Part shown: piece after piece, positions 10,002-19,016 of the stretch
Layout of the letters: every line of letters starts with the position of its first letter
Numbering within the stretch: the stretch's first letter is position 1
Assembly (NCBI RefSeq): GCF_000186885.1
Contig: NC_014972.1
Coordinates: forward strand, 2,280,001-2,312,000
DNA from: Desulfobulbus propionicus DSM 2032
GTDB lineage: Bacteria > Desulfobacterota > Desulfobulbia > Desulfobulbales > Desulfobulbaceae
DNA: 32,000 nucleotides
Direction: 5' to 3'
The notes under the pieces: model-generated
Databases searched by the model: none
What the model was told of the DNA's origin: nothing
What the model saw: only the letters and a program-made list of their open reading frames with translations
Position numbers and translations under genes: made by a program

Positions 10002-11308
10002 TCGACGACGAAGAGTCGATCAGACGGCTGCTGCAGAAGGAATTGGCCAACAGCCGCCGCGAGATCCTGACCGCGGCCGATGGTGCCGAGGCCCTGGCCA
10101 TGATCCGCAACCACTGGTTTGACGTCATCATCATGGACCTATGGCTGCCCGATGTGTCCGATTTGGAGCTGTTGATCAAGATTCGGGAATCGATCCCCCA
10201 CATCGAGGTGATCATGATCACCGGTCACGGCGATGTCGATATCGCGGTGGAGGCGATGAAACTCGGGGCCTGCGATTTCATTCGCAAGCCGTTCAACCTC
10301 GACCGGCTCGATTTGATTGTGGAAAAGGCCCATCAGCGGGTTTTGCTGTCGCGGGAAAACGCTATGCTCCGCCACAGCACCGGCCAGGCACAGAATCAGG
10401 TGCGGTTCATCGGCAATTCCCAGGCCATCCGCGACATCCAGTTTCTGATCGACAAGGTCGCCCCGGCCAAGATTCCGGTACTGATCACCGGTGAATCGGG
10501 TGCCGGCAAGGATGTGGTCGCCCGGCTGATCCACCAGCGGTCCCCCTTGGCCGCCAATCCGATGATCGTCAAGAACTGCGCCACCCTGCAAAAGGAGCTG
10601 GCGCGCAGCGAGCTTTTCGGCCACATCAAGGGGTCGTTCACCGGAGCCAACGAATCGCGGGAGGGGTTGCTCTCCTTTGCCCACGACAGCACCCTGTTTC
10701 TCGATGAAATCGGCGAACTGCCGCTGGAAGTCCAGGCCTCGCTCCTGCGGGTCCTGGAAACCGGCACCTACCGCCGGGTGGGGGAAAAGGAGGAACGCAA
10801 AGTCAACATCCGTTTTCTGTTCGCCACCAACCGCCATCTGGCAGACGAGGTGGAAAAGGAACGGTTCAACGAGGCCTTCTACCACCGCATCAACGCCTTC
10901 AGCATCGAGATCCCCTCGCTCAGGCATCGCAAGGAAGATCTGCCGCTGCTGGTCGACTATTTCCTGACCACCCTCAGCCCGGACAACACCACCTACCATA
11001 TCGTTGAACGGGCCAAGGCCTGCATTCTGCGTTACAACTGGCCGGGGAACATCAGGGAACTGCGCAACGTGATCGAACGGTCGATCATTCTCGCGGAAAA
11101 TGGGATTATCACCGAACGCTGTCTGCCACGCGAACTGGTGGAATCTTCGGAAAGCAGCGGCGCCGCTCTGACCCTGGAGTCGGTGGAGCGGGAGCACATC
11201 CTCAAAATGCTCGATTTCTACGGCGGCAACCGGCAAAAAACCGCCGACACCCTGGGCATCAGTCGCAAAACGCTCTATCGCAAGCTGACCCAGTACGCCA
11301 TCGAGTAA
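9971..11308 (+). CDS. sigma-54-dependent NtrC-family response regulator
   Basis: Receiver ILVVDDEESIR / IIMDLWLPD; AAA+ GESGAGKDVVARLIH; sigma-54 contact loop GSFTGA; C-term HTH Fis-type ADTLGISRKTLYRKL. Confidence 0.95.
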   Translation: MDKERYSILVVDDEESIRRLLQKELANSRREILTAADGAEALAMIRNHWFDVIIMDLWLPDVSDLELLIKIRESIPHIEVIMITGHGDVDIAVEAMKLGACDFIRKPFNLDRLDLIVEKAHQRVLLSRENAMLRHSTGQAQNQVRFIGNSQAIRDIQFLIDKVAPAKIPVLITGESGAGKDVVARLIHQRSPLAANPMIVKNCATLQKELARSELFGHIKGSFTGANESREGLLSFAHDSTLFLDEIGELPLEVQASLLRVLETGTYRRVGEKEERKVNIRFLFATNRHLADEVEKERFNEAFYHRINAFSIEIPSLRHRKEDLPLLVDYFLTTLSPDNTTYHIVERAKACILRYNWPGNIRELRNVIERSIILAENGIITERCLPRELVESSESSGAALTLESVEREHILKMLDFYGGNRQKTADTLGISRKTLYRKLTQYAIE

Positions 11309-11367
11309 CGACAGGATGGCCGGAGAGGAAAACGGGCGGCCGCCGCCGAGAGCGGATCAAGCGGTTT

Positions 11368-12480
11368 TCACGGCCGCACCAGCGCCCTGAAAAGGAAATC
11401 ATTGCCCAGCGGCTGGAGCGCCACATCCGCCAACCTGGGGGCCTGATCGCGCCTTGCAAGACTATAGCCGCTGACAAGTGGCGTTCCCTGATCGCCGACG
11501 ATGAAGGGGGCATAAAAGAGCAGGAGCTCGTCAACCAGCCGCTGGCCATACATGGCGCCGTGGATGCCGGCACCGCCCTCGACCAGCACGGAGGTCAGGT
11601 TCCGCGCCCCGAGCAAGCGAAGCATGGCGGGCAAATCCACTCGGCCATCCGCGCCAAGCGCCAGGCGAAGCACCCGCGCGCCAGCACGGACCAACTGTTC
11701 CTCGCGGTCGCTGGATGCCTCGGAGCCGCACACCACCCAGGTTTCCGCCGTTGACCGTTGGTGCAACATCCTGGCCTGAGGGGGCAGCCGCAAACAGGAA
11801 TCGAGCACGACGCGCACAGGATCACGGGTATCGGCTACACCTTCCAGCCGGGTGGTCAGGCTGGGGTCATCGATGATCGCTGTTTCCACCCCAATTAAAA
11901 TCGCATCGGTCTGATTGCGCAGTCGATGCACAAACCGCCACGATTCCTCGCCGGTCAGCGCCGCGCCTTGTCTGGATCGGAAGGTGATCTTGCCGTCGAG
12001 GCTTAATCCGGCCTTCATCATCACCCACGGCAAACCAGTGGTGCTGTGCTTGATGAAAGGATAATTCAACGCCCGGCAGGGCTGCTCAAGCACTCCGCTC
12101 ACGACCTCAAGGCCGCGCTGCCGCAGATAGGCGGCCCCCCCACCAGCCACCCGGGGGTTGGGATCAGCCATGCCGATGACTACCATGGCTATACCGGCAG
12201 CGAGAATGGCCTCGGTGCAGGGGGGAGTACGACCAGTGTGATTACAGGGCTCCAGGGTGACATAGATGGTTGCGCCTCTCGCTTGGGGACCAGCATCGGC
12301 AAGGGCATGGACTTCGGCGTGCGGCGTGCCGGCTCGATGATGATACCCCCGGCCGACCACTTTCCCGTCCTTGACCACCACCGCTCCTACCGCCGGATTG
12401 GGTGAGGTGCGGCCCAGGCCCTTCCGCGCCTCGGCCAGGGCCAGTTCCATGTACCACTCATGCCCATGCGCCATTGCCAT
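11368..12480 (-). CDS. ribD: bifunctional diaminohydroxyphosphoribosylaminopyrimidine deaminase / 5-amino-6-(5-phosphoribosylamino)uracil reductase
   Basis: Deaminase motif TPHAEVHAL...VTLEPCNHTGRTPPC; reductase domain RNQTDAILIGVETAIIDDPSLTTR and VLVEGGAGIHGAM. Confidence 0.95.
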   Translation of the reverse strand: MAMAHGHEWYMELALAEARKGLGRTSPNPAVGAVVVKDGKVVGRGYHHRAGTPHAEVHALADAGPQARGATIYVTLEPCNHTGRTPPCTEAILAAGIAMVVIGMADPNPRVAGGGAAYLRQRGLEVVSGVLEQPCRALNYPFIKHSTTGLPWVMMKAGLSLDGKITFRSRQGAALTGEESWRFVHRLRNQTDAILIGVETAIIDDPSLTTRLEGVADTRDPVRVVLDSCLRLPPQARMLHQRSTAETWVVCGSEASSDREEQLVRAGARVLRLALGADGRVDLPAMLRLLGARNLTSVLVEGGAGIHGAMYGQRLVDELLLFYAPFIVGDQGTPLVSGYSLARRDQAPRLADVALQPLGNDFLFRALVRP

Positions 12481-12486
12481 GTCCCC

Positions 12487-12951
12487 TCAGTGTTTTCCCC
12501 GCTCGCCGAGAAACAGTTTCAGTTCGTCCATGAATTCGTTGACATCCTTGAACTGACGATAGACCGAGGCAAAACGCACATAGGCTACCTCGTCCAAGGC
12601 GGGCAGCGCCTCCATCACCCACTCGCCGATCTGGCTGGTGGGAATTTCCTTGCCACCGTAATCCTGCAACTTTTGTTCGATATTGTCGACAAAGGCGTCG
12701 ATATCGGTCATGCTGACCGCCAGCTTCTCGCAGGCCTTCTCCAATCCGGCGACGATTTTTCCCCGATCCCATGGCTCGCGTCGCCCGTCTTTTTTGATCA
12801 GCATCGGCAGCATCAACTCAATCCGCTCGTAGGTGGTGAAACGGCGCTGGCAGGCATCGCATTCCCGGCGGCGGCGGGTGATGGTTTTATCCTTACTGAT
12901 GCGGGAATCAATGACCCGACTGTCCAAATGACCGCAATACGGACACTTCAT
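12487..12951 (-). CDS. nrdR: transcriptional repressor NrdR
   Basis: [17 protein letters not shown]...[20 protein letters not shown] plus ATP-cone domain. Confidence 0.97.
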   Translation of the reverse strand: MKCPYCGHLDSRVIDSRISKDKTITRRRRECDACQRRFTTYERIELMLPMLIKKDGRREPWDRGKIVAGLEKACEKLAVSMTDIDAFVDNIEQKLQDYGGKEIPTSQIGEWVMEALPALDEVAYVRFASVYRQFKDVNEFMDELKLFLGERGKH

Positions 12952-12996
12952 GGTACCCCCACTCTGGATGATGGCAAAAGGCGGAGAATCGGCTGC

Positions 12997-13036
12997 AAAA
13001 AAAAACCGGCAGCCTTGTATTCAAGCCTACCGGTTT
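12997..13036 (-). terminator. rho-independent terminator downstream of rpiB
   Basis: Minus strand: AACCGGTAGGCTTG-AATA-CAAGGCTGCCGGTT followed by a run of 9 T; one G.U and one mismatch in the stem. Confidence 0.8.
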
Positions 13037-13063
13037 GTCGAGAACATGCTGACAGAGGAATGC

Positions 13064-13489
13064 TCACCCCATCATGGTGATCCTTCTCAGGTGACGGCCT
13101 CCGGCGAATTCGGTCTCGAGCCAAACCTTGACAATGTCCAGGGCAATGGAACGACCCAAGACCCTGGCCCCCAAACAGAGGACGTTGGCATCGTTGTGTT
13201 CACGGCTGAGTCTCGCGGTGACCGCCTCGTGACAGAGTGCAGCCCGGATATGGCGATGCCGGTTGGCGGCGATCGACATACCAATTCCCGTACCGCAAAT
13301 GAGAATGCCACGGGTGGAGGTTCCTTCCTTGATCGCCGCGCACACTTTGTCGGCAAAAACGGGATAATCCACCGATTCAGGCGAAAAGCAGCCGACATCA
13401 TTGACCGTGTGGCCGGCTTGTTCAAGCAACGAGACAATCTCCTGCTTCAACTCCAATCCGCCATGATCACATCCCAGGACAATATTCAT
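13064..13489 (-). CDS. rpiB: ribose 5-phosphate isomerase B
   Basis: MNIVLGCDHGGLELKQEI..., RGILICGTGIGMSIAANRHRHIRAALCHE. Confidence 0.95.
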   Translation of the reverse strand: MNIVLGCDHGGLELKQEIVSLLEQAGHTVNDVGCFSPESVDYPVFADKVCAAIKEGTSTRGILICGTGIGMSIAANRHRHIRAALCHEAVTARLSREHNDANVLCLGARVLGRSIALDIVKVWLETEFAGGRHLRRITMMG

Positions 13490-13512
13490 CAGCTGCCTCC
13501 TGTTCGCCGTTG

Positions 13513-14751
13513 TTAAGCGTAACGCCGAAAGATGACCACGCCGTTGGTACCGCCAAAGCCAAAAGAGTTGGACATGGCGGTTTCAAAGCGGGTTTCCCGT
13601 GCCGTCAATGGCACATAATCGAGATCGCAGTCCGGATCAGGATTGTGCAGGTTGGCGGTCGGGGGAATGATGCCATGGTGCAGGGCGAGGACGGTGAAAG
13701 CCGCCTCGATACCGCCCGCCGCCCCCAGCATGTGGCCGGTCATTGACTTGGTGGAACTGACCGCCAGTTGATGGGCATGGGCTCCAAAAACGGTTTTGAT
13801 GGCCAGGGTCTCGCACTTGTCGTTGAGCGGAGTGGAGGTCCCATGGGCGTTGATATAGTCGATGTCTTCGGGGTTCAGGCGGGCATCCCGCAGGGCAGCT
13901 GCCATGCACCGAGCCGCTCCCTCGCCATTTTCAGGCGGAGCGGCGATGTGATAGGCATCACTGCTCTGGCCATAGCCGATGATCTCGGCATAGATGGTCG
14001 CGCCCCGTCGTTTGGCGGCTTCCAGCTCCTCAAACACCATCATCCCCGCGCCTTCGGAGATGACAAAGCCATCGCGGTCCCGGTCAAAAGGCCGCGAAGC
14101 GGTGGTCGGATCGTCGTTGCGGGTCGACAGGGCCTTCATGGCACTGAATCCGCCAACGGCAAGGGGGCAGATGACCGATTCCGTCCCGCCGGTGATGGCC
14201 ACGTCGCAATCGCCATAGGCAATGTGACGGAAGGCCTCGCCGACCGCATGGGTGCCGGCGGCACAAGCGGTGGTTTGGGTCAGATTGGGCCCCTTGCAGC
14301 CGATGCGCATGGAAATATGCCCGGAAGGCATATTGGGAATGACCCTGGGAATAAAGAACGGAGTGATCTTGCGTGGCCCCTTGTTCATCATAACCCCGTG
14401 GTATTCCTCGATGGTGGGCAGACCGCCCATACCGCAGCCAGTAATCACCCCGACCCGATCGACATTTTCCTCGTTGATCGACAGGCCGCTGTTTTTCCAG
14501 GCAATGTCCGCAGCAGCCACCGCATATTGCACAAAGGCATCGAGATTTTTTGCCTGTTTTTTTTCAAACCACACCTCAGGATCAAAATCCTTGACCTCGG
14601 CGGCTATCTGCGAGGCCTGATCAGAGGCATCGAAGCGGGTGATCGGTCCGATCCCGCTCTGCCCGTTGATCAGCGCGTTCCACGTCTGCTCGGTACCGAT
14701 ACCGAGCGGCGTGATCAAGCCAATTCCTGTTACAACGACCCGTCGTTTCAC
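13513..14751 (-). CDS. fabF: beta-ketoacyl-ACP synthase II
   Basis: GTG start giving [17 protein letters not shown]; active-site motifs [35 protein letters not shown]. Confidence 0.96.
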   Translation of the reverse strand: MKRRVVVTGIGLITPLGIGTEQTWNALINGQSGIGPITRFDASDQASQIAAEVKDFDPEVWFEKKQAKNLDAFVQYAVAAADIAWKNSGLSINEENVDRVGVITGCGMGGLPTIEEYHGVMMNKGPRKITPFFIPRVIPNMPSGHISMRIGCKGPNLTQTTACAAGTHAVGEAFRHIAYGDCDVAITGGTESVICPLAVGGFSAMKALSTRNDDPTTASRPFDRDRDGFVISEGAGMMVFEELEAAKRRGATIYAEIIGYGQSSDAYHIAAPPENGEGAARCMAAALRDARLNPEDIDYINAHGTSTPLNDKCETLAIKTVFGAHAHQLAVSSTKSMTGHMLGAAGGIEAAFTVLALHHGIIPPTANLHNPDPDCDLDYVPLTARETRFETAMSNSFGFGGTNGVVIFRRYA

Positions 14752-14767
14752 GCTCTCCCGCTCCGTA

Positions 14768-15001
14768 TCAGCCTTGAATCTTGGCCACGAAATCGATGGC
14801 ATTCTGCACGGTGACGATCTTCTCGGCCTCTTCGTCGGGGATTTCAACGTCGAATTCCTCTTCCATGGCCATGATCAGTTCGACCAGATCCAGGGAATCG
14901 GCTCCGAGGTCATCGACAAAGGATGCGCCCGGAACAACTTTGTCACGATCAACACTGAGTTGCTCGACGATGATATCAATCATTTTATCTTCAACGGCCA
15001 T
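14768..15001 (-). CDS. acpP: acyl carrier protein
   Basis: [15 protein letters not shown]...[35 protein letters not shown], with DSL phosphopantetheine site. Confidence 0.97.
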   Translation of the reverse strand: MAVEDKMIDIIVEQLSVDRDKVVPGASFVDDLGADSLDLVELIMAMEEEFDVEIPDEEAEKIVTVQNAIDFVAKIQG

Positions 15002-15039
15002 TGTTATTCTCCTCAAAATTGTCTTGTTGTTGTTTTGTT

Positions 15040-15074
15040 AAAAACGATGCTCGAATATGTAGATACTCGGGCAT
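15040..15074 (-). promoter_or_regulatory. candidate attenuator / processing hairpin between fabG and acpP
   Basis: Minus strand ATGC-c-CGAGTAT-CTAC-ATATTCG-a-GCAT-cg-TTTTT; 11 paired positions with one internal mismatch and one G.U, then T5. Confidence 0.5.
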
Positions 15075-15080
15075 TCCTTG

Positions 15081-15830
15081 TCAATGTCCCATATACATTC
15101 CGCCATTGACATGCAGGGTCTGACCAGTAATGTAGTTACTGTCAGGCGAGGCCAGAAAGCCCACCGAGGCGGCAACATCCTCCGGCGTTCCCAAGGTTCC
15201 CATGGGAATCTGGGCCTTGAGCGCTTCCTGAACATCTTCGGTGAGGCCATCGGTCATGTCGGTGACGATATATCCGGGAGCCACGCAATTGACGGTGATG
15301 TTCCGCCCCGCCAACTCCCTCGCCATGGATTTGGTCAGTCCCGCCAGGCCAGCCTTGGCCGCGCCGTAGTTGACCTGCCCGCTGTTGCCGACAAATCCGA
15401 CCACCGACGACACATTGATGATTCGTCCCCACCGTTTTTTCATCATGGCGCGCATCACTGCCTTACTGCAGAGAAACGCCCCTTTCAGATTGGTATCCAA
15501 CACGCTGTCCCAGTCGTCTTCCTTCATGCGTGCCATCAAGCCATCGCGGGTAATGCCCGCATTGTTGACCAGGATATCGATCTGGCCATGTGTCGCGATA
15601 ATTTCCTTGATTTGTTCCTGAACCGCTTGCGCATCGGCCACATCAAATCGGACGGTAAAGCCCTTGCCGCCCACGGCCTCGACCTGCCGGAGGGTTTCTT
15701 CGGCCGCCGCCGGATTCGCAACGTAATTGATGCCGACCGTGGCCCCCATGGCGGCGAGTTTCAGGCAAATGGCTCGACCGATCCCGCGGCTGCCGCCGGT
15801 CACGAGGGCAATCATCTTTTCCAGTATCAT
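15081..15830 (-). CDS. fabG: 3-oxoacyl-ACP reductase
   Basis: SDR motifs ALVTGGSRGIGRAI, NNAG, VNYGAAKAG, TGQTLHVNGGMYM. Confidence 0.94.
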   Translation of the reverse strand: MILEKMIALVTGGSRGIGRAICLKLAAMGATVGINYVANPAAAEETLRQVEAVGGKGFTVRFDVADAQAVQEQIKEIIATHGQIDILVNNAGITRDGLMARMKEDDWDSVLDTNLKGAFLCSKAVMRAMMKKRWGRIINVSSVVGFVGNSGQVNYGAAKAGLAGLTKSMARELAGRNITVNCVAPGYIVTDMTDGLTEDVQEALKAQIPMGTLGTPEDVAASVGFLASPDSNYITGQTLHVNGGMYMGH

Positions 15831-17017
15831 TTCTTCATCTCCTGCAACCGCTGAATCAAACGCGGCACCACTTCATACAGATCACCGACCACCCCATAGG
15901 TGGCTATATCAAAAATGGGTGCACTCTTGTCTTTGTTGATCGCCACCACGATCTCTGCCGATTGCATGCCCACGGCGTGCTGCACAGCCCCGGAAATACC
16001 GCAGGCAATGTAGAGCTTGGGGCTGACCGTCTTACCAGTCTGCCCCACTTGATGGGGATAGGGGATCCAACCAGCATCCACCGCGGCCCTGGAAGCGGCG
16101 ACGGCGCCTCCCAGTTCGTTCGCCAGTTCACGGATCAGGGCAAAGCCCTTGGCCGAATCGAGTCCGCGTCCGCCAGCCACCAGCGCTTCGACCTCCTGAA
16201 TATTGACCTGATCATCGGTGTTGATCACTGTCTCGAGCACTTCAATCTTCGACTGGAGTAACCGCTCGGGAATTTGCATCACGACCACCTCCCCGCGACG
16301 CGTTGGGTCGGGCTCGGCAGGTGCCATCACCTTGGGCCGCACCGTGGCCATCTGTGGCCGAGTGTGGGGGCACTCAATGGTTGCCATGATATTGCCGCCA
16401 AAGGAGGGCCGGGTCTGCAGCAACATGCCGTCGGATTCCCTGATTTCCAGCCGAGTGCAATCGGCGGTGAGTCCCGCATCGATGGCGTTCGCCACATAGG
16501 GGATGACTGAACGGCCGATGGCGGTCGCTCCGGCGAGCACCACTTCGGGCTTTTGCTCCCGGATCACCTGCTCCAGAATACCGGCGTAAACATCTTCGCG
16601 AAACTGTTCCAACAGCGGATGTTCGGCAAGAAACACCCGGTCTGCGCCGGCAGCTATCAGATCCTGGGCCAGCGAGGCGACCGCGCCTCCGGGAAGCACG
16701 GCACTAAGCGTGGTTCCGCGCTGCTCGGCAAGTTTCCGGCCAATGCCGAGCAACTCATAGCTGACCTGCGCCACTTTGCCATGACGATATTCAGCAAACA
16801 CCAAAATGCCCGAATAGTCGTTGATGTCGGCCCGAACCCGCTTCTCCGCAGTTTCAATCCTCAATGCCCCGACCGGACAGTTTTCAACACAAGCCCCGCA
16901 CAGTGTGCAGGATTCATTGACCACGGCACAGTCGACCTCGACGCTGATCGCTCCAAAGGCGCAACTTGTTTCACAGATGCCGCAGGCAGTGCATTTCTCG
17001 CTATCGATAATCAGCAT
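15827..17017 (-). CDS. etfA: electron transfer flavoprotein alpha subunit with N-terminal ferredoxin domain
   Basis: Start at MLIIDSEKC; two 4Fe-4S motifs (CTACGICETSC, CTLCGACVENCP); C-term FAD motif GWIPYPHQVGQTGKTVSPKLYIACGISGAVQH. Confidence 0.95.
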   Translation of the reverse strand: MLIIDSEKCTACGICETSCAFGAISVEVDCAVVNESCTLCGACVENCPVGALRIETAEKRVRADINDYSGILVFAEYRHGKVAQVSYELLGIGRKLAEQRGTTLSAVLPGGAVASLAQDLIAAGADRVFLAEHPLLEQFREDVYAGILEQVIREQKPEVVLAGATAIGRSVIPYVANAIDAGLTADCTRLEIRESDGMLLQTRPSFGGNIMATIECPHTRPQMATVRPKVMAPAEPDPTRRGEVVVMQIPERLLQSKIEVLETVINTDDQVNIQEVEALVAGGRGLDSAKGFALIRELANELGGAVAASRAAVDAGWIPYPHQVGQTGKTVSPKLYIACGISGAVQHAVGMQSAEIVVAINKDKSAPIFDIATYGVVGDLYEVVPRLIQRLQEMKK

Positions 17018-17054
17018 GGGAACAATCCGGTTGAAATCACGGGGTGAAAGACGA

Positions 17055-17834
17055 TCACAGATGCGCCTTGAGGCACGCGACCAGTTGGTCGACCTGCTCT
17101 TCAACGCTTCCTGTAAAAATTTTGCGATTGCCCTTGGGCTCCGGCGCGAACACCCGGACCACCTGCGTCGGGGAACCGGCCAGACCGATGCACTGCGGGT
17201 CAGCACCGATATCTGAGGCGGAAAAGCACTTGATTGCCGCTTTTTTCGCTTTCATCTTCCCTTTCAGCGAAGCCACACGCGGCTGGTTGATATCCTTGAC
17301 CACGGTCATCAGGGCCGGCAGAGGCAGGCGGACGACATCAAACCCATCGTCCATCATCCGTTCCACTTCGATAACCCCATCGCCAACCGTACGCGTCTTC
17401 TGAATACAGGTAGCGTACGGCACCTGAAGTCGGTGGGCCAGTCCCGGCCCCACCTGGGCGGTATCGCCGTCGATCGCCTGCTTGCCGCAGAGAACGAGAT
17501 CAAAGGGGCCGATAGCCTCTATGGCCTTGGCCAAGGTGTAAGAGGTCGCCCACGTATCGGCCCCGGCAAAGGCACGGTCTGAAACCAGCACTCCTTCATC
17601 GGCTCCACAGGCGATGGCCTCACGCAACACCGCCTCGGCCTGCGGTGGCCCCATGGTCAAAACGGTTACGGCGCCTCCCAGCTGCTCCTTGATGGCCACC
17701 GCCTCTTCCAGGGCATGGCGATCATAAGGGTTCATGATCGACTCCACTCCCTCCCGGGCCAGGGTGTTGGTTTTCGGATCGAGACGAACGTCCTTGGCGT
17801 CCGGAACCTGTTTGACACAGACGATAATCTTCAT
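17055..17834 (-). CDS. etfB: electron transfer flavoprotein beta subunit
   Basis: MKIIVCVKQVPD, NPYDRHALEEAV, GVLVSDRAFAGADTWATSYTLAKAI, GKQAIDGDTAQVGPGLAHRL. Confidence 0.95.
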   Translation of the reverse strand: MKIIVCVKQVPDAKDVRLDPKTNTLAREGVESIMNPYDRHALEEAVAIKEQLGGAVTVLTMGPPQAEAVLREAIACGADEGVLVSDRAFAGADTWATSYTLAKAIEAIGPFDLVLCGKQAIDGDTAQVGPGLAHRLQVPYATCIQKTRTVGDGVIEVERMMDDGFDVVRLPLPALMTVVKDINQPRVASLKGKMKAKKAAIKCFSASDIGADPQCIGLAGSPTQVVRVFAPEPKGNRKIFTGSVEEQVDQLVACLKAHL

Positions 17835-17848
17835 GCGTTGTCCTGCTC

Positions 17849-18997
17849 TCAGGCGTATTCCTTGTTCAATTCCTGGCCAACGACATTGCGCTGAATCTGG
17901 TTGGTGCCTTCATAAATTTGAAGGATCTTGGCATCGCGCATCATCTTCTCCACCGGATACTCTTTCATGTAGCCGTATCCACCCAACACCTGAACCGCAT
18001 CGGTGGTGACTTTCATGGCCATATCGGTGGCAAAGACCTTGCACATGGACGAGACCTTGGACATATCCTTGGGATGCTTGTCGATGTGCTTTGCCGCCGC
18101 GTAAACCAACGATCGGGCTGCCTCCAGCTGGATGGCCATGTCGGCCAGGATGTGTTGCACGGCCTGAAAGGATATGATCGGTTTGGCGAACTGAACGCGT
18201 TGCTTGGCATAGGTGACCGCTTCATCAAGCGCTGCCTGGGCAAGGCCGACACCTAGGGAGGCGATCCCTGGCCGCGACATGTCCAGGGTCTTCATCACGG
18301 TGATGAACCCGGTTCCCCGCTTGCCTACCAGTCGATCCTTGGGAATACGGCAATCCTTGAGAATCAATTCCCGGGTGGCCGAGGCCCGGATGCCCATCTT
18401 GTCTTCCTTCTTGCCATAGGAAAATCCCGGATCCCCGTCCTCGACCACGAAAATGGAGGCTCCGCGCGCGCCCTTGTTGGGGTCGGTCAAGGCAACAATG
18501 GTGTAGATCTGTGATTCGCCGCCATTGGTGATCCATTGTTTGGTCCCGTTCAGCACCCACTCATCGCCATCCAAAACCGCGGTGGTGCGGATGCCGGAGG
18601 CATCACTGCCGGCATTGGCCTCGGTCAGACCAAAGGCGGCCCAGCGGGATCCGCTGGCGATATCGGGCATGTATTTCTGTTTCTGCTCTTCACTGCCGGC
18701 AATCAGCACCGGAAAGATGCCCAAAGCGCTGGCGGCAAAGCTGGTGGCCACACCAACGCATCCCCGGGCCAATTCTTCCAGGGCCAGGACAACCTCAAAA
18801 CAACCGCCGCCAAACCCGCCATATTCCTCGGGAACAAATATGCTGAACAGATCCGCCTTGGCGATATCCTTTAATATTTCGCGGGGAAACTGGTTTTTTT
18901 CATCAAGTTCGGCCCGAACCGGAATAATCTTTTCATTGGTGATTTCCCGGGCGGTATCAACGATCATCTGCTGCTGTTCAGTGAGAAAATAATCCAC
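17849..18997 (-). CDS. acyl-CoA dehydrogenase (Bcd-like)
   Basis: GTG start; FGLTEANAGSDASGIRTTAV, YAKQRVQFAKPIISFQAVQ, GGYGYMKEYPVEKMMRDAKILQIYEGTNQIQRN (catalytic Glu in YEGTN). Confidence 0.95.
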   Translation of the reverse strand: MDYFLTEQQQMIVDTAREITNEKIIPVRAELDEKNQFPREILKDIAKADLFSIFVPEEYGGFGGGCFEVVLALEELARGCVGVATSFAASALGIFPVLIAGSEEQKQKYMPDIASGSRWAAFGLTEANAGSDASGIRTTAVLDGDEWVLNGTKQWITNGGESQIYTIVALTDPNKGARGASIFVVEDGDPGFSYGKKEDKMGIRASATRELILKDCRIPKDRLVGKRGTGFITVMKTLDMSRPGIASLGVGLAQAALDEAVTYAKQRVQFAKPIISFQAVQHILADMAIQLEAARSLVYAAAKHIDKHPKDMSKVSSMCKVFATDMAMKVTTDAVQVLGGYGYMKEYPVEKMMRDAKILQIYEGTNQIQRNVVGQELNKEYA

Positions 18998-19016
18998 AAA
19001 GACTCTCCTTGGTGTC

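Noticed and set aside
10139-11236. 365-aa minus-strand ORF
   Set aside because: Antisense to the NtrC-family regulator; no family features.
14252-14620. Plus-strand ORFs opposite fabF, including 13768-14814
   Set aside because: Complete overlap with a well-supported fabF and no independent signals.
15827-17206. Upstream extension of etfA (17018-17206)
   Set aside because: This overlaps the end of etfB in another frame; the ferredoxin domain starts naturally at MLIIDSEKC (17017).
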